64,000 nucleotides of DNA, taken from a virus (Duplodnaviria; Caudoviricetes). A model generated the notes under the pieces. That model made no database searches. It was not told the origin of the DNA and saw nothing but the letters and a program-made list of their open reading frames with translations. Position numbers and translations under genes: made by a program. How positions within the stretch are numbered: the stretch's first letter is position 1; each line of letters begins with the position of its first letter. Location of the stretch: IMG/VR virus record IMGVR_UViG_3300042866_001263; one strand, 5' to 3'. Shown in pieces: positions 48,884-59,300 of the stretch.

Positions 48884-51800
48884 ATGGCAGTCAAGACCAA
48901 AAGAATTTCTACTCTTATTGAGTCACAACTTCCAGAGTTCATTTCTTCGGAATATGAACTTTTTGGTAAGTTTGTAGAGAAATACTATGAATCTCAAGAG
49001 GTTCAAGGAGGGCCACTTGATATCATCAGTAATATACAGAAATATCTAGATATTGATTATTACGAGAAGTCACTACTTAAGCAGAATACAATTCTAGTAT
49101 CATCTATTAATAATTCGGCAACTTCTATAACATTAGAGGATGCTTCTGGATTTCCAGAAAAAAATGGTTATCTTAAAATTGGTAATGAGATTATTTTTTA
49201 TGCAGAAAGAACTGGTAATGTAATCTCAGAATGCTTCCGAGGAGTAAGTGGAAATATTTCACTTGGAGATCTATACGAAAAATCAGCATTTACTACTACT
49301 AGTGCTGAATCGCATTCTTCTGGAGATCTTGTTCTTAACGTTAGCAATTTATTTTTATATGCTATTGTTAAAAATTTCGAATCGCAATATCTAGCGTCAT
49401 TTCCCGAAAAATACTTAAGAGGGGAAGTAGACAAAAGAACTCTGATTAAAAATATTCAGAAATTTTATAAGGCAAAGGGAACAGATAGTTCAATCAAGTT
49501 TATCTTCAATACAATTGTTACTCAAGATATTGAAGATAAACCATCTGTTTATAAGCCAAGAGATTTTACATATAAGTCTTCTGAATCTGATTGGATCAAC
49601 ATTTATGCTCTAAAAGTTAAAGTTGTATCTGGAAATCCAAAGACTTTAATAGGAAAGACCATTGTACAGTCTCCAACAGACGAGTATGGATATGCTTCTG
49701 CTACAGTTGATAATGTATTTGCTGATGGCACAGTTGATAATGAGCAAATATGGAATATTGTTCTTGCTCCAGAGACAGTCAACGGTTTATTCTCTGTATC
49801 GACAAAGACTAGATTAGAAAAAGACCTATTAGCATCCAGTGGATCAACAAAAAGAGTTAGTGTTTTCTCAACTCTTGGTTGGGATCAATCTGGGGAAATT
49901 TTAATTGATGATGAGATCATTAAGTTCTCTGATAAAAATGCTACTCAATTTATAATTGAAAGCAGAGGATCAACACCAGTTTTACATAGTAAAGATGCTT
50001 TTGTCTATAAACCAGTAGTTCTCAGTGGATCTGGTGTAAAACTAATTAGTTTAGGTATTGTTTATAATTTAATTCCAACAGATACACAACCATACTCATC
50101 TGTTGGCGATGAAATACAAATTTCTACACCTGGATTTGAAACTGCAGATCCAAAGATTGTAGTAACTGGAACTAATCAACCAAGATGGATATTAGGTCAA
50201 GGTAATCCTGTTAATATACCAACCAATCCAGCACTTGCTAGTAGTCTAGATGATGTGCCAACTGATGTTTCTGCAATTTTTGAGGATGACCAATACTATT
50301 ATATTGCAAGCTCTAGTTATCCATCATACAAAATTCTTGATGGATCTACAGTAGATCAACAGTTGCTAGATCAAAAGCAATTAAGAATACTAAGAAAATT
50401 TCCAACTAGAACCACTGAAGTCTATAAAACGCCAAAAAGAGATGTTGGTGTTCTTGTAAATGGCACTCCAATATTTAGTTTTAGAGATGAAGAGAGCATC
50501 CGTTTTGGAATACTTGAGGAAATTAAAGTAGATACTCAAGGAACTGGATATGATAAACCACCATTTGTTCTTTTGGATGGAGTACCAAACCAAGCAAGAG
50601 CAGTTTTATCTGGTCAAGTCGTAGAAAAAATTATTGTTGATACAAATACAGTTTTCCCAAGAACTCCAGAGGTAACTGTTACTTCGGGAAGAGATGCTGT
50701 TGTGAGAGCGGTGGTTACCAAAGGAAAAGTCACTAGTCTTATAATTGATAATCCTGGTGAATACTATTCTTCTCCACCTATTATAAGAATTAGAGATAAT
50801 GCTGGAAGAGGAAGATTTGCTGATTATACAGCAGTTGTAAACACAGACGGAAAGATTACCGATTTTGTGCAAAATGCTGAGGGTAACTTCTATAATCAAT
50901 CAACAGTTATTGTTGATGTAATTCCTGTTGGTCGTGGTGCATCTGGAATTCCATATCTGAAAGAATGGAACAAAAATAGATTTGCAAAGTATTCAACCAG
51001 ATTGGATACCGAATATGGATATATTTTCGAAAATTACAATAGTGTTTTAAAATATGGATATGGTCATGTTGCAAACCCAAAGGCATTAAGAGTTGCATTA
51101 AATGACAATATTAATATTGCTGGAGCAGAACCATCTACTAAGACCCACTCTCCAATAATTGGATTTGCTTATGATGGCAATCCAATTTATGGTCCTTTTG
51201 GACACCAGGATGCATTAAATTCACAGTCTCCTATTGTTAGGATGACATCTAGTTACAGTTTAAATAACAACCGCTCTCAGGGTCCATCACTAACAATATA
51301 TCCTATAGGATCATTCGTTAATGACTACAGATACATTCACAAAAGTGGATCACTAGATCAAAATAACGGTAGATTTTGTGTTACTCCAGATTACCCACAA
51401 GGAACATATGCGTACTTCTTAACAATAGATAGTAATCAAGTTCCACAGTTTCCATATTTTGTTGGAGAGAATTTTTATTCTCTTCCAGTAGATAGTAACT
51501 ATAATTCAAATATAAATCAGGCAGATATTCCTAAAAAGTCTAAGAGACTGTTTATTCCTGGTATGCCAAGAAATGGTGATGGAGTAATTGCTCAAATTGC
51601 TGAGGTAAAATCTGGAACTGTAGATTCGATCTCCATACTAAATTCATCAGACAATTTTTCTGTAAATTCAAAGGTTTATTTCGATAATTCTGGCACAGAA
51701 GGAAAAGAAGCAGCTACGGTTGTTTCTTTTGTAAAGGGAAAACCAGTAAATTATTTGTACAGTAAAGAAAATAAAGTTGTACAATTAACTACTGTTCAAA

Positions 51801-54800
51801 CTGCCTACTTATTTGCAAATGACACCCTTAGTCAACCAGCTTCTGGTGCATATGGTGAAATAGTTGGTACTGTAGCAAATGATAATCTAATTGTACTTAA
51901 AAATGTCATCGGAACTTTCAATGGCACTGGTACATTCTCTGCTGCAATTAAAACTTTCTCTATCTTAATTGATCAAAACAGTTCATATACAGAAGGAGCT
52001 ATTCTAAGCTTAACAGATGGAATAAATCTTCCAGTAGCTACCGCACAAGTATTAGAGGGAACATCTAGTCAAAATATCGTTAAAATTAAGGTTTTAACTG
52101 GAACTTGGAGTGTAGATGATAATTATTTCATTCAATCTAGCGATCTTTTTAATACCTCTGGTTCTAGAATTGTAACTCTTACATCTCTAAGTGATGGTTT
52201 AGTTCCATTTGACGTTAACCAAAGTGTTGCATTAGTAGAAACTACGGTTGACCATGGATTGGGAATTGGGGATGAAGTCAAGGTTGATATTTTACCAAAT
52301 GATGTAACGAAGACAAAGACGTATTATCTAAGAAAAAGACTATATCAAACCGTAAAATTAAAGGCACCATCATATCAGTCATCAATTAATTATACTGGTG
52401 TCGGTAGATTTGAAATCTTAAATGGTGGGGCATTTTATACCCCAGGAACATACACAAACGTTTCACTAACAGGAGGTTCTGGCAGTGAAGCAAAAGCTAC
52501 TATTGTTGTGTCTTCTTCTGGTGTTGTATCTTCTGTCACCTTACAAGATGGTGGATCTGGATATAGAAAGGCAGATTACTTGAGTGTTTCTGATGAGGCA
52601 TTAAGTAGATCAAATACTGCTACATCTGGAAGCTCCAGATTGACTTTATATGTAGATCATGCTGGATTTGCAATAGGATCGACAAAGTTAATCGTTGATA
52701 GTACAATAGGAATTTCTGTTGGAGATTTATTGGGTGTTGGAAAAGAGGTAGTTCAAGTTTCATCAATACTAAACAACACCATTACCGTTCTTAGAGCAAA
52801 AGATGGTACAGTAGAAGGAGACCATTTTAATGGAGAAATAGTATATCTCTACAAACCAAAATATAATTTTACAAATAATTTTCAACTATCTCCATCTAGT
52901 TTATCTGGACGCATCAAAAATTATAATCCAGAAACTCAAGAAGTCATTATCACTTTTGATTATGCAACACAGAAAACGAATGCTGAAAAAGTAGAACTTA
53001 CTACCAGTTTCTTTGATTCGAGTGTTCCACAAAGATTAGTTGCAATTGATTCGATTGAAGATGTATCATACAAGTTCGAATTTTCTGCAGATAATGTAAA
53101 TTTTGTTTCAAATCCAAATATTGATTTACAAGAATATTACAATTATAAATTTGATACTTCACATTCATCATTAACTGGCACTTATTTTGATATAAGTCCC
53201 AGTAAGAATTTTAACATCATTACTGAAGAAAAAATTTCATCTGTAATTCTTCCAGGAAATCCTGGATCATTTACATATGTAAAATTTGGATTTGGATCCG
53301 CTTTATCTGAAAATAACTATTCAACTAAAAAGGGAACTCAGTTCTCCAATTTCTATTATTTTGATAAAAATTCAATAGTCGATTCCGAAGGAAAGTACTT
53401 TAAAATAATTACTGATCCATTACAGGGAACTAAAAAAGTAACATATGTTACTCCAAATAGATTTGTATACCAACTAAATTCAACTCCACTTTGGGATGGT
53501 TCTGGAGTAATTACATATACAACAAGTGGTGAATTTGCAATTGGTCAGATTGATCAGATTAAAATGATTAATTTGGGATTGAACTATAAAAAAGTACCAG
53601 TAATAATTGGTTGTGATCCAACAAGAAATTACAGAGCAAAAGCAACTGTTTTATACGATACATCAACTAATACCATAACCGATGTTAGAGTTGACGATAC
53701 TGGATCTAATTATATAAATCCAAGAATTATTATAACAAAGGGTGATGGTGTTGATGCAAGTTTCAATATAATTGTTAGAGATGGCAAAATATTTTCAATC
53801 GTTGTAGATAATCCTGGGAAGGGATATACTTTTGCTCCAGAAATCTCAATTATAGAAGGATCTGTTGTAGCATACGCAGAAAGTACAAGTATTGGTGTTC
53901 CTCAAAGTGTAAGAATACTACAAAATGGAGCATCTTTCCACCTTGATAAAACTATATCTTCATCGTTCACTTCGAAATATATTTTTGGATTATCTAGTAT
54001 TGTCGGAAATTATCAAAGAGGTGAAATTGTAGTACAAAAAATTAATAATGTTGAAGTAGCAAGAGCTGTAGTTTCTGAGTGGAGATCTGGATCCAACTTA
54101 TTAAAAGTAGAGAAAATAACAGGAATTTTCAGAAGAGGATATCCAGTTCAATCTATTTTAACAAATGCTTCTGGATTGATAAAATCTGTTTTTGTCTCAT
54201 CGTTCCAGGATGAGATTGCCAGTTTCTATGATAATCTTGGGTATTATTCTTCAGATAGAGGTAAAATCGGTGTATCCAACCAAAAGATTTTAGATAGTCA
54301 TTTCTATCAAGATTATTCCTATGTTATAGAATCAAAAACTCCAATTGAAAAATGGAGAGACTTAATCAAGTCAACAACACATCCAGCTGGATTTAAACTC
54401 TTTGGTCAGGTTGATGTTGAATCAACTGCTCAATCTGAGATGCCAGGGCAGTCACATAATACTAATTCTCACTTTAGTATAATTCAATTGTGGGATCCAA
54501 ATAAAAATAAAATTACAGTTGAAAACACAAAGAGGACAATTACTCAGATTGTTCAAAAAGTAGAAAATCAAAGAATACGTAGAGGTATTGGATCTGCTGC
54601 TCCATCAGAATTTAACTTTAGTGAATATAGAGCATTTGAAATTAAACTATCTGCTCCATTTGATGGATATTATGATACAGATGGCATATTACAAGGAACA
54701 ACAATTTTCCAATTAAGAAATTCAAATACCAACGCACCATTTACTCCATTAAGTGCTACCAATTTAATTATCACATTAGATGGAATACTGCAGGAACCAG

Positions 54801-57800
54801 GAGTAGCATATACAGTTCAAAATGATACAATTGTTTTCTCTAAACCCCCTCTTGGTGCTGGATTAGAAAGAACTGGAAATAATTTGACAGATCTTACTTC
54901 CTACAGAGGAGTAACATTCTATGGTAAGTATTTTGCGTTTAAGGATAATCAATATAATAATAGATACCTCAAAAAGATTAGGAATATTTTCCAGCGTAGT
55001 GGAAGATGGTTAGATGCTGCTAATCAAATTGATAGAAATAGAACTTTTATTATCGAAGAGGCAGTTGGATATGGAAAGAATAAGTATCCAACATTAGACT
55101 GGAGTACGAAGTTAGACGATTATCAAAGAGATATTGGTTATATTCTAGATGCATATCAGCATGATATTAGATTTGGTGGAAATATAAAAACAGTAGATTA
55201 TATTGGAATTTTTAGAAACAATAGTGACTATGATTACATAACCAAAAATAAAACAAAATCTTTAGATATATTTGAATATGCTACAAGACTAGCTTCTCTT
55301 GCAATTAGAAATTGGGACATTGTTGAAGAAAATGTATCTTATACACAAGGATCTACGACTGTAACTGTATCCAATACAGATAAATTGGTTGTAGGAATGT
55401 ACGTAAGTTCTGGAAATGCATTTTCACAGAACACAAGGATTACTTCAATTAATAATTCTACACAAATTACTGTTTCAAATGCTGCTTTAATAAATTCAGT
55501 TTCAATTTCTGGATCTCCATATAATGCAACATTCTATCTAAATGGAATTAATAATGGAACATACTATGATGCTTCAAATTTAATTCTTGCAAATAAACTC
55601 TATTTACAAGAAGAAGTTAGCGAATACATTTACGATAATTATAGTTTACCAACAACAGATAAACAAAAATGTAAGAGAGATTTGGGATATTTGATTGACG
55701 CTGTTGTTTATCACTTACGTTTTGGTGGAAATGAAAAAATTGTAGAATTTGCAAGATCTTACTACGAATTTTATGGTTATCCATATGGTGAAAAACTAAC
55801 ACGTATAAACAGATCTCAAGAAGAAACTAATGCTGCAATAGATGCTTGGGAAACTCTTGGTGATTTGATGATATTGGCAATGAAGAACCAGTTATCTTCT
55901 GGTGCCTATACACTAATTACTCCAGTTATTGACAATACAATTTTATCAGATCCAATTTTACCTCTATGCGAAGAAGTTACATCTAGTATCAATACGATGA
56001 TCGATATCGTAAAGGATATTATATCAGATGGTGCTGGAATTGTTCAGATAACTCCAATCAATTTAAATAAGTCTGGATATTGGACAAATACTTTAACTTA
56101 CTCAAATTATAATATTATCAACGATCCTCTCTTACTAGCACAAGAATGCGATAATGTGATTTCTTCAGTGGATTCGCTATATGCAAATGTGAAAGATATA
56201 CTTGATAAAAAAACGGTACAAAGAAGTTTACCAGATTATATTGATGGATCAAATAAAGTATTTGAGTTGTATTGGGAAGATGGAACAGAAGTTATTACGG
56301 ATGAAGATGAGGACTTATTCTTAACTATTAATGCTGTTCTACAGAGACCAAAATACAATCAAGAATATCCAAGATTTGATTCGTATTATATTGATAGAAC
56401 TGTAATTCCTAATCTACTTGTATTTGATGTAGCTCCTATATGGGATCAAGATTTTAGTGCGAAAAGTATAGGTGAAGCAACAGCAGTAGAAAAAGTTGTT
56501 GGTATTGGGGTAGGTAACTACAAGAGATTGACAATAGATTATAATTTGGTAAATGATGTTAAATCTGGTCCATTCTTAATTTTAGATGTAGAAGACTATA
56601 CAGTTCAGAATATCGAAGAACCAGATTTCATGTATGTCTTCCTAGATGGTGTACTTCAAAGACAAGGTTACTCGTATACAGTATCTGGTCCCAATATTAC
56701 TTTTAATGTTCCAATATTAAAAGAAATGAAAATTGATATTAGATATTTGTATGGTAGAGATATTGGACAAGTACTTAATATTTTTGATTTCAATCCAGAT
56801 ACTTTCTATGCCAGATCAAAGGTTAATCTAACTGTTACTTCTGGACTGGAAGATTTCATTAAGTATTACTGGATGGGAGATAAAATAGGAACACCAATTC
56901 ATGCCTACCAAGAAGGTACAAATGGAAGGTGTGAAGTTATAGGAGAAATTTCAAATATACTTTCTAATGGCAATTCACTATCATTTGATGTTTTTGGTAA
57001 TAATTATGCGATAGATGTATCTAAACCAGTTTTCTTTGCTGTAAGAGGATTTTATAATATTAACACTCAGTTAACTATTTCAAATGCAACAGTTGCAAAA
57101 GAAACAGATGAGTCTGGAAGATTGATCCTATCAGATCTCAATCAAATCTGGTCTGGAACAATTATCGGAAAGTCATACAGACTTCCATTTATCGGTCTTT
57201 CGAATAGTGATAAAATCCGTATTGATGGACAAGATTCTTTCAGAGAAATAAAGAAACTTCCAGGAACAACAACAAGTAAAGAACATAGAAATTATCAACA
57301 ACTTTCAAATTCTTTATTTGGTTCCGTTGATATTGAAACATATAATGGAATAACCAGAGGAGAAGGATTAAGTGTCGTATGTACAATTCAAAATGGAAAA
57401 GTCGTTGCACTTACTTGGAATCAAAGAAGTTATGATCCAATAACTCAACCAACTGCATATCAGTATTATAATCCACCAATTTTACAATTTATTCCTCAAG
57501 ATGGTAATGGTGGTGGTGCAAGAGCTAATGTACTTGTAAGTAAAGGACAAGTTATTAGCGTAGATTTAATTGATGGAGGATCTGGATATACTCAAGCGCC
57601 CAAAATTGTTGTAGCGAGAGGTTATGATGTTTTAAACACCAGGGATATTGGAGTATCTCTAATCAATATCAGCATGAGTCCATATGTGGAAAATGCTGGA
57701 TTGAATATTATATCAACTATAAATGTTCTTGGAAATCAAGTTGCCTCAGTTTTCTCAGTTACTTCTGTTGTATTAGAAAGTCCAATTAATACTGATAGAG

Positions 57801-59245
57801 TAATAACTGCACAAATACAGTTACTTGAAAATACTGGATCAAATCTATCAAGAAAGCATATAGAATTTTTTGGTAGAGTTTCTCCAAATAGAGATGAAAT
57901 AGAAGTAATTGATATTTTCTACAATAAAACTCAAGTAATTAATCAAATTTCTGGCAGAGTTGCTGACATTGTTTCTACATCAGTTCTTACAACTAACAGA
58001 CAAATTACCACATCTTTTGAAAATCTAATTCCAAATGATGCTTTAACTAATGTCAATTACTATGCTACTGGTGCTTATCTAGATGTAGATTTAGCAATTA
58101 CTGACAATATTGTTTATGTTTCTGATACATCTAAATTTAAATCCAATGGTTATTTACTAATAGGCGATGAAATTGTAAGATACTACAGAAAACTAAATGA
58201 TCGTTTCCTTAAAGTACAAAGGGGTCAATCAAACACAACTGCAAAGTTATGGCTAGCTGGAACATTCTTACGTCAAATACCAGATCCAATTTCTACTGTA
58301 TTTGGTGGCGTTTCTATTATCGAATCTCAGTCTCAGATTGTTAGCATTCAGGGTGGAATTGGAACTGTGAATCTGTCACAGAGAACTACTCAGACACAAA
58401 ATGTAATTCCATCTCCAACTATTATATCAACTTCAAACTTTATTGAAATTGGAATTCTTCCTGTAGTTTCATTAACTTCTACATCTAATCTTACTGCAAA
58501 TACATTTATTGTATTTGATATTAATATTATTTCATCCGTTCAATCCTCGTATTATGGATTACAACATTCTTCTATAGTTCAATCAATACAATCTGAATTA
58601 GATATCAGTAAAGGATCATTAGAATTTTTACTAATTCCACCACCTTCTGGAGTTGTAGATGGTTATGTGGAGAGTATTTTTATTTCTGATCCACTTCAAA
58701 CTAGATTAAATGGATTTATAGATCTTGTAAACACCAATGATCAATATTCAGTAACTTTGAGAAATGGAACTTCAGTAGTTATTAGAAACTCTGTATTTGG
58801 AGTTGATACTCAATATATCGGTGACTATACTCCCACAAACGCTGGACATAGAATATCTCACTTCTCTGGAATATTTGACGATGGATCTTCTGGTGTTTCT
58901 GGATTGACAATAAACGAGATTGATACATACTATCCTTCCCTAACATTACAAGATTTTACTGATAGGGCAAATTCTAGTTACACTATTTCTGGAGAATACT
59001 TCAATCTTCTTCCACCATCTATTCAAAATCCAGTAACATTATCACAATCATCTGGATCTATTGGATCTACAATATCAGTTCAAAAAACAACATATTTTAA
59101 ATCAAGCGGATACATTTTAACAGGTAATGGTGGAGTAATTCAGTATACTGGAAAAACTTCAACATCATTTACTGGATGTTCTGTGGTTAGGGGATCGAAT
59201 ACGTTAAGTGTTGGCACAGAAATCATTCCATTCCAATTGACATAA
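48884..59245 (+). CDS. gp7: baseplate wedge initiator, cyanophage gp7-like giant protein (3453 aa)
   Basis: QLPEFISSEY...YYESQE N-terminus, FYKAKGT, PIIGFAYDGNPIYGP (YHYH-like), HPAGFKLFG; lies between gp6 and gp8. Confidence 0.85.
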   Translation: MAVKTKRISTLIESQLPEFISSEYELFGKFVEKYYESQEVQGGPLDIISNIQKYLDIDYYEKSLLKQNTILVSSINNSATSITLEDASGFPEKNGYLKIGNEIIFYAERTGNVISECFRGVSGNISLGDLYEKSAFTTTSAESHSSGDLVLNVSNLFLYAIVKNFESQYLASFPEKYLRGEVDKRTLIKNIQKFYKAKGTDSSIKFIFNTIVTQDIEDKPSVYKPRDFTYKSSESDWINIYALKVKVVSGNPKTLIGKTIVQSPTDEYGYASATVDNVFADGTVDNEQIWNIVLAPETVNGLFSVSTKTRLEKDLLASSGSTKRVSVFSTLGWDQSGEILIDDEIIKFSDKNATQFIIESRGSTPVLHSKDAFVYKPVVLSGSGVKLISLGIVYNLIPTDTQPYSSVGDEIQISTPGFETADPKIVVTGTNQPRWILGQGNPVNIPTNPALASSLDDVPTDVSAIFEDDQYYYIASSSYPSYKILDGSTVDQQLLDQKQLRILRKFPTRTTEVYKTPKRDVGVLVNGTPIFSFRDEESIRFGILEEIKVDTQGTGYDKPPFVLLDGVPNQARAVLSGQVVEKIIVDTNTVFPRTPEVTVTSGRDAVVRAVVTKGKVTSLIIDNPGEYYSSPPIIRIRDNAGRGRFADYTAVVNTDGKITDFVQNAEGNFYNQSTVIVDVIPVGRGASGIPYLKEWNKNRFAKYSTRLDTEYGYIFENYNSVLKYGYGHVANPKALRVALNDNINIAGAEPSTKTHSPIIGFAYDGNPIYGPFGHQDALNSQSPIVRMTSSYSLNNNRSQGPSLTIYPIGSFVNDYRYIHKSGSLDQNNGRFCVTPDYPQGTYAYFLTIDSNQVPQFPYFVGENFYSLPVDSNYNSNINQADIPKKSKRLFIPGMPRNGDGVIAQIAEVKSGTVDSISILNSSDNFSVNSKVYFDNSGTEGKEAATVVSFVKGKPVNYLYSKENKVVQLTTVQTAYLFANDTLSQPASGAYGEIVGTVANDNLIVLKNVIGTFNGTGTFSAAIKTFSILIDQNSSYTEGAILSLTDGINLPVATAQVLEGTSSQNIVKIKVLTGTWSVDDNYFIQSSDLFNTSGSRIVTLTSLSDGLVPFDVNQSVALVETTVDHGLGIGDEVKVDILPNDVTKTKTYYLRKRLYQTVKLKAPSYQSSINYTGVGRFEILNGGAFYTPGTYTNVSLTGGSGSEAKATIVVSSSGVVSSVTLQDGGSGYRKADYLSVSDEALSRSNTATSGSSRLTLYVDHAGFAIGSTKLIVDSTIGISVGDLLGVGKEVVQVSSILNNTITVLRAKDGTVEGDHFNGEIVYLYKPKYNFTNNFQLSPSSLSGRIKNYNPETQEVIITFDYATQKTNAEKVELTTSFFDSSVPQRLVAIDSIEDVSYKFEFSADNVNFVSNPNIDLQEYYNYKFDTSHSSLTGTYFDISPSKNFNIITEEKISSVILPGNPGSFTYVKFGFGSALSENNYSTKKGTQFSNFYYFDKNSIVDSEGKYFKIITDPLQGTKKVTYVTPNRFVYQLNSTPLWDGSGVITYTTSGEFAIGQIDQIKMINLGLNYKKVPVIIGCDPTRNYRAKATVLYDTSTNTITDVRVDDTGSNYINPRIIITKGDGVDASFNIIVRDGKIFSIVVDNPGKGYTFAPEISIIEGSVVAYAESTSIGVPQSVRILQNGASFHLDKTISSSFTSKYIFGLSSIVGNYQRGEIVVQKINNVEVARAVVSEWRSGSNLLKVEKITGIFRRGYPVQSILTNASGLIKSVFVSSFQDEIASFYDNLGYYSSDRGKIGVSNQKILDSHFYQDYSYVIESKTPIEKWRDLIKSTTHPAGFKLFGQVDVESTAQSEMPGQSHNTNSHFSIIQLWDPNKNKITVENTKRTITQIVQKVENQRIRRGIGSAAPSEFNFSEYRAFEIKLSAPFDGYYDTDGILQGTTIFQLRNSNTNAPFTPLSATNLIITLDGILQEPGVAYTVQNDTIVFSKPPLGAGLERTGNNLTDLTSYRGVTFYGKYFAFKDNQYNNRYLKKIRNIFQRSGRWLDAANQIDRNRTFIIEEAVGYGKNKYPTLDWSTKLDDYQRDIGYILDAYQHDIRFGGNIKTVDYIGIFRNNSDYDYITKNKTKSLDIFEYATRLASLAIRNWDIVEENVSYTQGSTTVTVSNTDKLVVGMYVSSGNAFSQNTRITSINNSTQITVSNAALINSVSISGSPYNATFYLNGINNGTYYDASNLILANKLYLQEEVSEYIYDNYSLPTTDKQKCKRDLGYLIDAVVYHLRFGGNEKIVEFARSYYEFYGYPYGEKLTRINRSQEETNAAIDAWETLGDLMILAMKNQLSSGAYTLITPVIDNTILSDPILPLCEEVTSSINTMIDIVKDIISDGAGIVQITPINLNKSGYWTNTLTYSNYNIINDPLLLAQECDNVISSVDSLYANVKDILDKKTVQRSLPDYIDGSNKVFELYWEDGTEVITDEDEDLFLTINAVLQRPKYNQEYPRFDSYYIDRTVIPNLLVFDVAPIWDQDFSAKSIGEATAVEKVVGIGVGNYKRLTIDYNLVNDVKSGPFLILDVEDYTVQNIEEPDFMYVFLDGVLQRQGYSYTVSGPNITFNVPILKEMKIDIRYLYGRDIGQVLNIFDFNPDTFYARSKVNLTVTSGLEDFIKYYWMGDKIGTPIHAYQEGTNGRCEVIGEISNILSNGNSLSFDVFGNNYAIDVSKPVFFAVRGFYNINTQLTISNATVAKETDESGRLILSDLNQIWSGTIIGKSYRLPFIGLSNSDKIRIDGQDSFREIKKLPGTTTSKEHRNYQQLSNSLFGSVDIETYNGITRGEGLSVVCTIQNGKVVALTWNQRSYDPITQPTAYQYYNPPILQFIPQDGNGGGARANVLVSKGQVISVDLIDGGSGYTQAPKIVVARGYDVLNTRDIGVSLINISMSPYVENAGLNIISTINVLGNQVASVFSVTSVVLESPINTDRVITAQIQLLENTGSNLSRKHIEFFGRVSPNRDEIEVIDIFYNKTQVINQISGRVADIVSTSVLTTNRQITTSFENLIPNDALTNVNYYATGAYLDVDLAITDNIVYVSDTSKFKSNGYLLIGDEIVRYYRKLNDRFLKVQRGQSNTTAKLWLAGTFLRQIPDPISTVFGGVSIIESQSQIVSIQGGIGTVNLSQRTTQTQNVIPSPTIISTSNFIEIGILPVVSLTSTSNLTANTFIVFDINIISSVQSSYYGLQHSSIVQSIQSELDISKGSLEFLLIPPPSGVVDGYVESIFISDPLQTRLNGFIDLVNTNDQYSVTLRNGTSVVIRNSVFGVDTQYIGDYTPTNAGHRISHFSGIFDDGSSGVSGLTINEIDTYYPSLTLQDFTDRANSSYTISGEYFNLLPPSIQNPVTLSQSSGSIGSTISVQKTTYFKSSGYILTGNGGVIQYTGKTSTSFTGCSVVRGSNTLSVGTEIIPFQLT

Positions 59246-59251
59246 ATAACC

Positions 59252-59267
59252 CTATAAATATAAATAA
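59252..59267 (+). promoter_or_regulatory. late promoter(s) TATAAATA(TAAATA)
   Basis: Tandem consensus upstream of gp8. Confidence 0.75.
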
Positions 59268-59300
59268 CTTTGGCACAACTCACGTCGGAACGAAAAACCA

